64,000 nucleotides of DNA. It comes from a candidate division FCPU426 bacterium. Its GTDB lineage: Bacteria; Oederibacteriota; Muellerivitia; Muellerivitales; Muellerivitaceae. The notes beneath the pieces were generated by a model. That model had not been told where the DNA came from. It saw only the letters and a list, made by a program, of their open reading frames with translations, and did no database searches. Numbering within the stretch: position 1 is the stretch's first letter; each line of letters opens with the position of its first letter. This document shows positions 1 to 9,706 of the stretch, in pieces. The position numbers and the translations under genes are program-made. Location: contig CAVTWJ010000014.1 of the NCBI GenBank assembly GCA_963738405.1, positions 128,001-192,000 on the forward strand. Direction: 5' to 3'.

Positions 1-28
1 ACGGCAGGCAATCATGGTGCCGGCCCCC

Positions 29-1720
29 TTATTTTTTATAGGCAATGACCCCGAATTTTTCAAAGGCCCTTAATATCGAGCCCTGATAGACCGGAACTTT
101 TTTCACATCCAGGATGCCCCCGATTGAATCGGAGGCGGAGGGATAATGATCCAAGAGGATTTCCCCGTCTTGGGTCGTTACCTGGAAGTAGGTTTGATCG
201 GAGGTTGTCTCCATGCGGTAAACCCCCTTCCATGGCGGAACCGTTCCATCATCGACCCTGGACCAATTTTTTCCCCGATCCAGCACTCCGCCCGCCGATT
301 GGATGCTGTCATTGACGTTTTGGTCGATATCCGCCCCCAGATCCTTGGCGATGGATGCCAATGAATCGCCATAGGATTGGACCGTCGTCACGTTGCCCGC
401 GGCTCCCGCGGCGAAGTCCAACGCCACGTTCTGTCCCGTTTGAACCGCAACACCGCCGATGAGACTCAATTGCCGGTCGCTCAAACTGAGATCCCCATGG
501 GTATAAAAATTCTTGCCCGTAAGCCCCTCCCCGAAGCTGACCACATTGCCCACGACCGGCACACCGCCCACCACGAGATGGGCAAGCGCGTCCTTAATCC
601 GTTTTTCATAATCCTTAGGGATGTAACCGCCCGAAAAGGGGGAATCTTGGTAGACCGGTTCCGACATGAATTGAGGGTCCGCGGCGGGAACCAAACCGGA
701 TTCATCCGCTTCCATTGAAAAATCGGATTTTCGCTTTTGATAAAGCGCGGAGAATCGATTCATCATTTCAACGAATTCCTGGGCGGGCATCGGTTTCGCG
801 GCCGTGAGATAGGGCTGGGCCGCGCCGGCTATCCTCTCGAATTCATCCTCCCCGCCCTCCCCCGTATGGATGGCGGATAAACCCGCCATGGCCGTTTGGA
901 ATTCTTTCTTACCGGCGGTTCCCTTACCCGGCTGATAACCCAAGTCTTTCAGGTATTGCCTCAAATGGGCCGCGCGCTCGTCCAGCGTTTTGTGGGAGGC
1001 GACCAGGGAACCGGCATGGTAGAGGGCATCCGCGTTCACCCTTTGGAGAAGGCGGTCGAACAAATCGCATAAAGCATAGGGGTCATAACCCGCTTTCGCG
1101 GCCAAAACCGCGCCGTACTCGTCCGCGGCCTGTTCCTTGTCCTGTTCCCAGCCCGAGGCCGCTATTTTTCGCTGCACCGCGCTGAGGCTTGAGACCACTT
1201 CGCTTCCCGCCAGGTTCGCGCCGATATTCAAAAGTTTCTGGCCCGTGTTTTCCTCGTACATCTTGGAGCAATGGCCGAGGTCCTGGTGGCCGATTTCATG
1301 GCCGATGAGGCAGGCCAGCTCGGCTTCGTCCGCAGTCATATTGAGCATGCCCCGGGTAAAGTAAATGACCCCGGTATCGCACATCGACAAACCCTGCACA
1401 CGGGCGGTATTGAGGATGACGACGGACAGCCCGTGGGTTTTCGCCAAGGGAAACAGATTTTGTCCCACCGAGCGGACATAACTTTGCAGGGTTTGATCCG
1501 GAAGGGGGATGTAGCTGAAATCATCTGGTTTTTCCGAGGCCGACACAACTTGGCTGGCGGCGGCGGTGACTACGTTGGCTGGGGTAAAAACGGCGCCCGC
1601 GTAGTTGGAAAGGGTTGAACAGGATGTGTTGAATAAAAGAATCGCCGGGGAAAAGAAGAGGACCGTCCTCACTCCCCAACGGGGACAATGATTTCTATCG
1701 TGGATGTTTTTTCCCATCAT
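29..1720 (-). CDS. M48-family zinc metallopeptidase, probable lipoprotein, with C-terminal pre-toxin TG-like region
   Basis: HEIGH zinc motif in ELACLIGHEIGH, EQAADEYG..GYDP and SHKTLDER typical of M48/BepA-like peptidases; hydrophobic N-terminus ending TSC; C-terminal VPVVGNVVSFGEGLTGKNFYTHGDLSLSDR. Confidence 0.8.
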   Translation of the reverse strand: MMGKNIHDRNHCPRWGVRTVLFFSPAILLFNTSCSTLSNYAGAVFTPANVVTAAASQVVSASEKPDDFSYIPLPDQTLQSYVRSVGQNLFPLAKTHGLSVVILNTARVQGLSMCDTGVIYFTRGMLNMTADEAELACLIGHEIGHQDLGHCSKMYEENTGQKLLNIGANLAGSEVVSSLSAVQRKIAASGWEQDKEQAADEYGAVLAAKAGYDPYALCDLFDRLLQRVNADALYHAGSLVASHKTLDERAAHLRQYLKDLGYQPGKGTAGKKEFQTAMAGLSAIHTGEGGEDEFERIAGAAQPYLTAAKPMPAQEFVEMMNRFSALYQKRKSDFSMEADESGLVPAADPQFMSEPVYQDSPFSGGYIPKDYEKRIKDALAHLVVGGVPVVGNVVSFGEGLTGKNFYTHGDLSLSDRQLSLIGGVAVQTGQNVALDFAAGAAGNVTTVQSYGDSLASIAKDLGADIDQNVNDSIQSAGGVLDRGKNWSRVDDGTVPPWKGVYRMETTSDQTYFQVTTQDGEILLDHYPSASDSIGGILDVKKVPVYQGSILRAFEKFGVIAYKK

Positions 1721-1741
1721 ACGTCCCCCGCCTAACCCGGT

Positions 1742-2218
1742 TCATTTGCTAGAAAATGAGTTCCCCAACCCAGGAACGGCGTCTCCATCCTGGGCGATCC
1801 CGAAAAAGGATTGGGCCTGTTTCGAGAGTTGAAATTCCTGTCCCAGGCTTTCCACCAGCGCTTTTTGGATGTCCCCTGGATTCTTGAATTTTTTCGAAAG
1901 GCCCTTCCACTCCCCGCTCAACAAACGGCTGAAACCTTCCTTTCGGCAGGCGAGGGGCAGTTCCCAGGCGCAGTCATCGGAATTTTCAATCAGGCCGTCT
2001 TCGCATAAAAAGTTCATGAAATTGACCGAAACATCCTGCGCATCATCCTCCGATTCTTTGACGACCGCGATTAACGATTGGCGGAAAGTCTCAGCCGCCC
2101 TGTCGAACTTTTTTTGGTTTTCGGGGCCCCGCAAACCATTAAAAAACGAATCAATCTCGGCTTGGTTGCCGATTTCCTTGGCCTTTTCTTTTCCGCCAAA
2201 CAGATCGAAGATTCCCAT
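1742..2218 (-). CDS. hypothetical protein
   Basis: 158-aa ORF, AAGGAG Shine-Dalgarno upstream, tightly packed in a minus-strand operon. Confidence 0.7.
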   Translation of the reverse strand: MGIFDLFGGKEKAKEIGNQAEIDSFFNGLRGPENQKKFDRAAETFRQSLIAVVKESEDDAQDVSVNFMNFLCEDGLIENSDDCAWELPLACRKEGFSRLLSGEWKGLSKKFKNPGDIQKALVESLGQEFQLSKQAQSFFGIAQDGDAVPGLGNSFSSK

Positions 2219-2242
2219 ATTTGACTCCTTTTCTTTTCCCTA

Positions 2243-3025
2243 TTAATTTTTATTTCCGTTGAAATTTCGCGTTTTGATCAAGAGCCGAAGAATTTCGATA
2301 TAAACCCAGACCAAGGTCACCAGAAGGGCATAAGCCCCGTACCATTCCATATATTTGGGCGAATGGGAATTGCAGTACTGGCTGATGAACTCAAAATCCA
2401 TCACCAGGTTCAAGGCCGCGACCGCCACCACCACCAGGCTAAAACCTATGCCGACCGGACCCGAGCCGTTGATGTAGGGAACCTGGATATGAAAAAAGAC
2501 GCCCAGGATGAATTCAACCAAATAGAGAAGGAAGATCGCCAGGGTGGCGCCGCCCACCACCATCAGGAAGGTGTTATTCACCTTGATGATGCCGGACTTA
2601 TATAAGAAGAACATGGCGCACATCACGCCGATGGTAAGCCCGATCGCCTGGATTACGACCCCGTGGTAGAACTGTTCGGTCCAGATGGCCGACCCGCCCA
2701 ATAAGATCCCTTCCGAAATGGCGAAGAGCGGGGCCAGGACCGGCGACCAGCTTGGCTTGAAATAAAGGATAATCCCCGTCAGCAGAATGATGATGAGCGC
2801 CGCGATAAAAACCGGTATCGCCCCCACCAGCAAAAGGGGGTTGTGCAGAACCATCCAGTCAAAGGCCCCGCCAGCCAAGACCAAAAGAATCAGGAGTCCG
2901 ATTTTGTCGATGGTACCCTGCAAGGTCATGGTTTCCATGCCCCTGGCCGCGTCCTGATTGTCGAAAACGCTTTGGTTGATCGTCGGATTGCCGGAGCGAA
3001 ACACCGAAGAAATTCCGTTTGCCAT
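2243..3025 (-). CDS. Bax inhibitor-1/YccA family membrane protein
   Basis: MTLQGTIDK, about 7 TM segments, NLVMDFEFI and EWYGAYALLVTLVWVYIEILRLL typical of the family. Confidence 0.9.
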   Translation of the reverse strand: MANGISSVFRSGNPTINQSVFDNQDAARGMETMTLQGTIDKIGLLILLVLAGGAFDWMVLHNPLLLVGAIPVFIAALIIILLTGIILYFKPSWSPVLAPLFAISEGILLGGSAIWTEQFYHGVVIQAIGLTIGVMCAMFFLYKSGIIKVNNTFLMVVGGATLAIFLLYLVEFILGVFFHIQVPYINGSGPVGIGFSLVVVAVAALNLVMDFEFISQYCNSHSPKYMEWYGAYALLVTLVWVYIEILRLLIKTRNFNGNKN

Positions 3026-3036
3026 GATCGTCCCCT

Positions 3037-3408
3037 TTACTTTTTCTTGGGTTGGGATTTTTTAGCCGACCCCATCAGAAACAAATAAGGCGCGGCCTGA
3101 AGAATCGCGATGGGGGCGAAGAGGCAGACCGCCATGATGACAATGGACTTGGGGGTGTCGCGCATCATGAAAGATTCGTTGAAACCCCTGTAGTTGTAGA
3201 GGAAGTAGTAGCCATAGGCCACCGCCGCGGCCAGCAGGGTCTTGGCGATGTAATAAATGCGAAAACTGTCGTTGCCCGATATGGATTTGAACAGGTTAAT
3301 GAGAGCGCCGAATATCGCGACACAACCTAAAACCGCCGCGGAGGCGCAAAGGATGATGCTTCCCCATTTCATGACGATTTCAATCAGGATTGCGATGGTG
3401 TGGTTCAT
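3037..3408 (-). CDS. hypothetical membrane protein (about 3 TM)
   Basis: Three hydrophobic stretches, basic C-terminus, short gaps to both neighbours. Confidence 0.7.
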   Translation of the reverse strand: MNHTIAILIEIVMKWGSIILCASAAVLGCVAIFGALINLFKSISGNDSFRIYYIAKTLLAAAVAYGYYFLYNYRGFNESFMMRDTPKSIVIMAVCLFAPIAILQAAPYLFLMGSAKKSQPKKK

Positions 3409-3426
3409 AACCCGTTCCTTTAAAAA

Positions 3427-4182
3427 TTATTGATAGGTGAGGACTAACTGCGGATGGTTAGACGCGGTCGAGTCGTTGTAAGGGAAAAAACGAACTAAAG
3501 AGGAAGGGCTCTCATTAAATTCTCCCTCGCTCTTTAAAATGATGCCGTTGTTATTCCCCGCCAGCCAGTTTTGAACCATGGAAGAAGCTATCGTCCAACG
3601 ATAGAAGTTGGACTGCCCATTAGCGGAAGAACTCAGAACAACAGTGCTTACGGTAGTGGGATTGATAAGGCCGAGCTGACCACCCGAAGAATCACCATCA
3701 CAAGAATTCCATCCATTTGAAGCGTTGTAGGTAACCCAATCCGCCCCAGCTGTCCAAACACAAGTAGGCAACAAAGAAGAAGCTAAATCATGAAGTCCTA
3801 CCGTAACAGGGTTTGTTCCAATATTTGTTTGCGTTTCGGATTTCAAAATTAATTCGGCTGAAATAATTTGAGCGTTTACCGGAACAGAAGAAACATCAAA
3901 ACGAATAAGAATTCTTGCGTAATTGGTATAGGAGGTTCCTGTGGTAATTTCCAAGGCAGGAGCTGAATTTTCAGAGGTAGTGGAAGCTCCACCATTTATC
4001 CATGTATCGATTTGTCCCGTATAGGACGAAGTCGGAAAAACCCCATTTTGAAAACTGGCCTGAAAGACAGTCGGTCCCGCAGGGCCGGTAGGGCCTTGGG
4101 ATCCATTGGCTCCATTCGTCCCGTTTTTCCCATCGCATCCCAAAAATAATAAACATACAACACCCAATAAAATAAAACGCAT
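3427..4182 (-). CDS. DNRLRE-domain-like lipoprotein with short collagen-like repeat
   Basis: Lipobox FLGC; G-X-X run GKNGTNGANGSQGPTGPAGP; DTWI, RILIRFD, VQNWLAGNNNGIILK, HPQLVLTY; SD AAGGAGAGG. Confidence 0.75.
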   Translation of the reverse strand: MRFILLGVVCLLFLGCDGKNGTNGANGSQGPTGPAGPTVFQASFQNGVFPTSSYTGQIDTWINGGASTTSENSAPALEITTGTSYTNYARILIRFDVSSVPVNAQIISAELILKSETQTNIGTNPVTVGLHDLASSLLPTCVWTAGADWVTYNASNGWNSCDGDSSGGQLGLINPTTVSTVVLSSSANGQSNFYRWTIASSMVQNWLAGNNNGIILKSEGEFNESPSSLVRFFPYNDSTASNHPQLVLTYQ

Positions 4183-4197
4183 AGACCTCTCCTTTAC

Positions 4198-5322
4198 TTA
4201 ATAGATGGTGACAACAATATTGTTGGACCAGCCTGAAGAAAGACTCAGAGAACAACTGCCACAAGTCCCCTTCGGCCAGCCGCTTTGAATGGTTGTGGGG
4301 ATTCCATTTGGAAGGGTAAGGATCGTCGTGAGGGTGATGGGTTGTTCATAACAGTAAACAACCGCGTTTTGGCCGGCGTTGTTGGCCCAAGATACGGCTT
4401 GGCCGCTGGTTAAAGAAAAGGTTTGGGTGTTGGTTCCGCCGGTACCGATCACCGGCTCGTTGAATTGACCGGTGATCGAATAGTTTGTTCCGCAATCGCT
4501 GGAGGCATTGAGGGAGTAGCCAATTTCCCAACCAGTGTTTCCGACATTATCCGGTCCAATTGAAGCCGTAACCGTCAACGGCACGGTGAAGGAACGGAAT
4601 AAAGTGGTTGGATTAGAAAGAATATTAACCCCCAAATAATCGGCCGCAGAAAAAGTAACCGGAAAATTTACGGGATAGCAGGCGCTTTTCGTGAAAGTGA
4701 CCGGCAAAACACTCACACCGCTTCCCATTACAAATGTGGATGGCGAAGCGACAAAAGCTCCCGGAAGGGACAGGGGGTAGACAGAAACAGGGACGCTCAG
4801 GTTATTCGGTTGGTTATAACCAAGCGTTACTGTGTAGCTGGTTCCCAATGAAACCAGCGGGAATGTACCAGAGAACCCGCTAGCCGAAAGCGACTCGTTC
4901 CCAGCGGTAAAAGTCACCGTATAGGAAGATCCGCCATTGACGGCAAAACTTTGATAACTGTTGTAATACCTGCCTTGAGTCGGCACACAGGCCTTCCAGG
5001 TTCCATTGATTAAATTAGGGGGATTAAAAGCGGCGTAAAAAACATTGGGTTGCGTTGTTACGGGTGAGGAAGTAGTTAAGGTATTCCCAAGAGGATCAAT
5101 GAGCATGACCGTCACGCCTATTTGGGGCGTTATGTCTTTATTTACAAAAACCTCAATGGAACCGCTCACCGGCGTTGGAGTGGGCGTCGGAATATCCACT
5201 CCGTTGGGAGCATAGGCCCCAAAAGGTGAATCCGTCTTTTTACAGCCGACATGCCCCGCCCATAGCAGGGCCAGCATTGTCAGCCCTATCGCGGTGGCGC
5301 CAACCACCCGCCGGTTTTTCAT
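4198..5322 (-). CDS. hypothetical secreted protein/lipoprotein, beta-rich
   Basis: Signal peptide ending HVGC, PTPTPTP linker, Ser/Thr/Val-rich body. Confidence 0.7.
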   Translation of the reverse strand: MKNRRVVGATAIGLTMLALLWAGHVGCKKTDSPFGAYAPNGVDIPTPTPTPVSGSIEVFVNKDITPQIGVTVMLIDPLGNTLTTSSPVTTQPNVFYAAFNPPNLINGTWKACVPTQGRYYNSYQSFAVNGGSSYTVTFTAGNESLSASGFSGTFPLVSLGTSYTVTLGYNQPNNLSVPVSVYPLSLPGAFVASPSTFVMGSGVSVLPVTFTKSACYPVNFPVTFSAADYLGVNILSNPTTLFRSFTVPLTVTASIGPDNVGNTGWEIGYSLNASSDCGTNYSITGQFNEPVIGTGGTNTQTFSLTSGQAVSWANNAGQNAVVYCYEQPITLTTILTLPNGIPTTIQSGWPKGTCGSCSLSLSSGWSNNIVVTIY

Positions 5323-5435
5323 AAACCCGCTCCAAAACGAATAAAAAAATCATTGCAAGAATTTAAAAAAATGTACAATAATTCAGCAATTTTTTAAACA
5401 GAATTTTTACTTCTTTTCGTCATTACAGGTGTCAC

Positions 5436-6647
5436 ATGAAAACAATATTCTTTCTGGTTGCAGCGGTTCTTATTTCGTCCATCCTTCCGGCTCAAGAAAC
5501 GTTTTCCCAGAATTCTTTCATCGAATCCGCCCAGGAAAACAAATGGGCGCCTCCCCCGCCTGTAACCGATAGTGACCGGGAAATTAAATTTTTGCTTCAG
5601 GCGGATTATCAGCAGGACGCCGACCTGCAGGGACAAGCCTTTTCCATGTTCGACCTTTCAGCCAAGCGAACGTTGGACGAAAATTCCGTTTCAGCCGATG
5701 GGCTTGTCCGCGTCCGAAAAAGCCTTTCATCCTCCGACACCGCCTCTGAAATTGATCTTCGTCTCGCCCGGATTTCCTATCTTGATCCCTCATTTCAAGT
5801 TTCGGTGGGGCGTTTTGACCTGTTTCAAACCCTAACTTCCAATTCCTTTTTCGGCGCCTACCCCATCATGGGCATTCACCGTGTGGATGGGATCATGGCC
5901 ACCATCCCCATTTCTTTATTCCTCGGTTTCGGCGATTCCAAAAACAGCCAAACCCAAGGCTCTTCCCCGTTGGCTTTGAGTTTTTTTTACACTCCCAGTC
6001 TTTTTTCGGCCCAACAAGTCCAGGACGACGCCACCCAGGCTTTTGGACTCGGCCAATTGAGATGCCGTATTGATACCAGCGACTTCGACATGACCCTGAA
6101 GGCTAATGTATCGGCGTCCTCCAGCGACTTCTTCGATTATTCTTCAATTAACGGCAACCCTGCCGCTTCCCTTTCCGCGGATATGGATTTACATCAAAAC
6201 TTGGACTTGACGGCGGAATATGGGGTGCAGAACACATCACGTTTGAGCGACACAAGCGCTTTGGCTTTGGGTTTACAGGCCGCCCAACTTGGGACCTGGG
6301 GGTCTTTATCGATCGATCAATTTGTTTTGGAAACCCAAATTCCCCTGGGCAATTCATTAAGCAATCCCTTCACAGGCGGAAATGGTTTTGTTCCTTCCCT
6401 AGCCCAGTCCCCCCAAGCCTCCTGGTATGTAAAATTGAGAACACGATTAAAAGTTCTTTTTATAGAAATTCATGTCACCAATAACCAAAACGACTTCACG
6501 TTGGATCGTCTTGTTCCCTCCGCCATCGGAATACCCTTTCAAAACGGCTTCGGTCCCGGCAACGAAACCAATGGCCCGGGAACCGGATTACGTTCCGCTT
6601 CCTATGGCCAAGTCGCATTCTTGGTGCGAACAGGGGTAGAGTTTTGA
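5436..6647 (+). CDS. putative outer-membrane beta-barrel protein
   Basis: Signal peptide, alternating amphipathic strands, terminal FLVRTGVEF with C-terminal Phe. Confidence 0.6.
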   Translation: MKTIFFLVAAVLISSILPAQETFSQNSFIESAQENKWAPPPPVTDSDREIKFLLQADYQQDADLQGQAFSMFDLSAKRTLDENSVSADGLVRVRKSLSSSDTASEIDLRLARISYLDPSFQVSVGRFDLFQTLTSNSFFGAYPIMGIHRVDGIMATIPISLFLGFGDSKNSQTQGSSPLALSFFYTPSLFSAQQVQDDATQAFGLGQLRCRIDTSDFDMTLKANVSASSSDFFDYSSINGNPAASLSADMDLHQNLDLTAEYGVQNTSRLSDTSALALGLQAAQLGTWGSLSIDQFVLETQIPLGNSLSNPFTGGNGFVPSLAQSPQASWYVKLRTRLKVLFIEIHVTNNQNDFTLDRLVPSAIGIPFQNGFGPGNETNGPGTGLRSASYGQVAFLVRTGVEF

Positions 6648-7828
6648 GCCCATGGTATCTTCCGGTAATATTTTTTCTCCTCACCCACACGGTTCCAAGC
6701 GAATGTGATGAAATTTCGCCCACTCCCTCGGCCTCGCCCCTTGTCATTCAAAATCTAACCACAACCTATAAATTTCATCAGGACGCGGTTTGGGCCCACT
6801 TAGAGGCTACGGTGCGGGACCATCAAGACGGTTTTAATTTAATTGTCAATAGCGACACGGCCATGACCGGATGGATCTTGCGCAAAGCAACAATGAATGA
6901 AGTCGTTCAAAAAGCGGGTCTGGCGGGACAAAAAGCCTTCACAGCGGAAATACCAAAGCCCTTCCAGGATGGGTATCGCCTGACGGTTTATGTGAAAGCG
7001 GATCAAGACCAGGTTCCCGTGATACTCAATCTGGTTCCCCAGGAGGAAAACAAAGAAAGAAACGGCATTTCCGAAAGTTCCATTCCAGATTTTGAGGAAA
7101 ACCCCGACCATTCCTACAACGGGATGGTGAAAAGCCTTTATAAACAGGCAATCCAAGCCTATTCGGCGGGGGATAAATCCGCAGCTTTGAACTATCTCAA
7201 TCAGGCGGTGGACCTGGACCCTACCCAGACCCAGGTTCAATCTTTCCGCCAGTTGATACTCGCGGGCGCGGATGAAATCCCCGCAGGAGGGCCCGCCACA
7301 CCGGGAGCAACCGCTTCCAAGGAACCATCGGATCATAAATTATCAACCGCGGAAAGCGCTGACGATTTGGCCGTCCGGGCTAAAAAAGCCGAATCCAGCG
7401 GCGACTTGTTGAAAGCCCGTATTTTTTATGGGAAAGCCCTGCATTTGAAACCAGGTCAGGCTGATTGGACTTCCGAGATGGACAAACTGAACCGCAAACT
7501 GGCTCAGGAAAAATTTGAGGCGGCCATTAAAGAAAAAAATCCGGCTGAAGCACGTTCCACCTTTGAAAAACTTAAGACTCTGGACCCTAACAATCCCCAA
7601 TTGGCCGACTGGAAGAAACAACTGGATGGTCTTCGAACTCCCGTCTCCGGGGACGATGCACAAGCTCAGGCCGACCAGTTCTACAACATGGGTCTGCAAA
7701 GATACCGCGATAATGATTGGGCGGGGGCAAAAAAAGCCTGGGAAGAAGCCCTCAAGATTCAGCCTAACCACCAGAAGGCAGCCGACAATCTCCAACGTCT
7801 CATCGACGCGCACCCAGAATTGAAATAG
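6644..7828 (+). CDS. tetratricopeptide repeat protein, secreted or membrane-anchored
   Basis: TPR signatures ALNYLNQAVDLDP, FYGKALHLKP, AWEEALKIQPNHQKA; 4-bp overlap with the upstream gene. Confidence 0.8.
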   Translation: MSPWYLPVIFFLLTHTVPSECDEISPTPSASPLVIQNLTTTYKFHQDAVWAHLEATVRDHQDGFNLIVNSDTAMTGWILRKATMNEVVQKAGLAGQKAFTAEIPKPFQDGYRLTVYVKADQDQVPVILNLVPQEENKERNGISESSIPDFEENPDHSYNGMVKSLYKQAIQAYSAGDKSAALNYLNQAVDLDPTQTQVQSFRQLILAGADEIPAGGPATPGATASKEPSDHKLSTAESADDLAVRAKKAESSGDLLKARIFYGKALHLKPGQADWTSEMDKLNRKLAQEKFEAAIKEKNPAEARSTFEKLKTLDPNNPQLADWKKQLDGLRTPVSGDDAQAQADQFYNMGLQRYRDNDWAGAKKAWEEALKIQPNHQKAADNLQRLIDAHPELK

Positions 7829-8001
7829 GTTTCAAGCCCCCCAGCCCCTCTGTTTGAAATGTGGCTTCTTCAGGGTCCTTTCCCGTTAGATTCCGAACTT
7901 TGGGAACATAGCCCTGGCTTGGTTTCCATCCCGCCTAAAACCAAACCACCAAAACATAGTTAGTTAACCATTAAACCTAGATTCAATTCCGATTTCAAAA
8001 G

Positions 8002-8017
8002 GGGCATAGAAAATGCA
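8002..8017 (+). promoter_or_regulatory. possible sigma-54 (-24/-12) promoter
   Basis: GGGCATAGAAAATGCA has GG-N10-GC spacing, about 95 bp upstream of the 8112 ORF; imperfect consensus. Confidence 0.4.
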
Positions 8018-8111
8018 CCCCTTTCGGTACATCAGTAATTGCTATTCGAGCCGTTAGGTTTTTCAAGGGAACAGACTGCCGTATGAAGAAAAATCGCCAA
8101 AGAGGTTTATT

Positions 8112-9227
8112 ATGAAAAATCGTTTGATGTTACTTTTTTATCTTCCCCTTTTTCTGGCCGCCCTCCTTCCCGTGGCCTGCGTGACCAAGACGGGTTTACC
8201 CGCCGCACCCGCCGTCTACACCCCTACCTGGCAAGCCGTTGGAAATCTCGATATTTCGCCGGGCCAGTCCGATTACACCCAACTTTTCATTTCCAACAAC
8301 GGCACGCCTTACGTGGCCTATTCGGACAATACCAACAACGAAATGCTGTCGGTGGTTTACCTGAACGGCTCGACCTGGACGCCCGTGGGAGGGGCGGATT
8401 TCACCGGCCCCGCCTACAACGAATCGCTTTATGTTTACAACAATACGCCTTACGTTGCCTACCAAACCGGGGTGAACCTTTCCGGAAGCATGATCATCGC
8501 GACCTACAACGGCAGCGCCTGGGTGACCCTGGGCGGCCTGCCCATTGCCAACGGGCAAGAACCGGCCCTATCGGGCTACAACGGCACGCCCTACCTAGCC
8601 TTTATGGACCCCAACAACAGCTACAACATCATCGTGGCGGACTATACGGGGGGAACCTGGAATACGGTGGGAAGCGCCGACTTCGCGACCAGCAACGCGA
8701 ATTACCTTTCCCTGGATGCTCGAAGCGGCACGCCCTATGTGGCATTTTGCGACAGCGCTTACAGCTACATGGCTTCGGTCATGAAATTCAACGGGACTTC
8801 GTGGGGCTATGTGGGGTCTCCGGGCTTTTCGGCGGGAATGATCGGCTACACGAGCCTTTATGTGGACAATGGTACGCCCTATTTGGATTACCAGGATTAC
8901 GTCAACGCGGACGGATCCACCGTGAAAAAATTCAACGGAACTTCCTGGGTGGCGGTGGGACAGCCCAACATCAGCGGCTTCACTAATAACCTCATCTCGC
9001 TATCCGTGGGCGCGGGCACCCCCTACATCGGCGCTCAGGCGCCCTATTTGGGTGACAATCTGGTGTTGGGTTACACCAATAACGCCTGGGTGACCACCGG
9101 AACCCAGAATTTTATGCAGGGGGATTATAAAGATTCTTCCGTGGCCACGAACGCGGCGGGAAACCCCTATATCGCCTATGAGGATGGCGCCAAGAACGGC
9201 AACCTATGCGTGTACGAATACCACTGA
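8112..9227 (+). CDS. beta-propeller-like repeat lipoprotein
   Basis: Lipobox PVAC; about 7 repeats of GTPYVAY/F..(F/Y)NGxxW..VG. Confidence 0.75.
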   Translation: MKNRLMLLFYLPLFLAALLPVACVTKTGLPAAPAVYTPTWQAVGNLDISPGQSDYTQLFISNNGTPYVAYSDNTNNEMLSVVYLNGSTWTPVGGADFTGPAYNESLYVYNNTPYVAYQTGVNLSGSMIIATYNGSAWVTLGGLPIANGQEPALSGYNGTPYLAFMDPNNSYNIIVADYTGGTWNTVGSADFATSNANYLSLDARSGTPYVAFCDSAYSYMASVMKFNGTSWGYVGSPGFSAGMIGYTSLYVDNGTPYLDYQDYVNADGSTVKKFNGTSWVAVGQPNISGFTNNLISLSVGAGTPYIGAQAPYLGDNLVLGYTNNAWVTTGTQNFMQGDYKDSSVATNAAGNPYIAYEDGAKNGNLCVYEYH

Positions 9228-9245
9228 TGGGTTGCCTTAATTCTT

Positions 9246-9644
9246 TTACCGCGTAAGGGTTTCGTAACCGATCAGGCCCGTCCCACCCACACCAGCCCAT
9301 GTCCCCTTGAGCGTGCGGCCATCGGGGGAAATTTGGTAAGCGACAACGCCCGTTTGCCCCGCCGAATACCATGCCACAGAGAGAATATTTCCGTTGCGAA
9401 GTCCCACGCCCGTATAAGAAGTTCCGCTGATGGTCCACCCCATTAAAAAGGTATTGCCGACTTTTGAGATGGTGGTGATTCCCCGGTAACCCGGGCCGCT
9501 GGTCGTTCCGGGGTTGGTGCCCTGGCAGGTATAGTTGCCCGAAATATCCGGCATGGTGCCCGCCGCCTTCGCGCTGGTGAAGATTCCCGCCGCGACCGCC
9601 AGCATTGTCAAAACGACTACCCGAAACCCTTTAGCTCGAAACAT
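9246..9644 (-). CDS. small secreted beta-barrel-like protein (avidin-like/LIC10280-like)
   Basis: Signal peptide AKA; GNYTCQGTNP..YRG..GVG..LKGTW..ETLTR pattern. Confidence 0.6.
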   Translation of the reverse strand: MFRAKGFRVVVLTMLAVAAGIFTSAKAAGTMPDISGNYTCQGTNPGTTSGPGYRGITTISKVGNTFLMGWTISGTSYTGVGLRNGNILSVAWYSAGQTGVVAYQISPDGRTLKGTWAGVGGTGLIGYETLTR

Positions 9645-9706
9645 AACAACCTCCCCGTTCTTAAATGAACCGCATCGCCATTATCTTTGAAACTCTCGAC
9701 CGTGAT

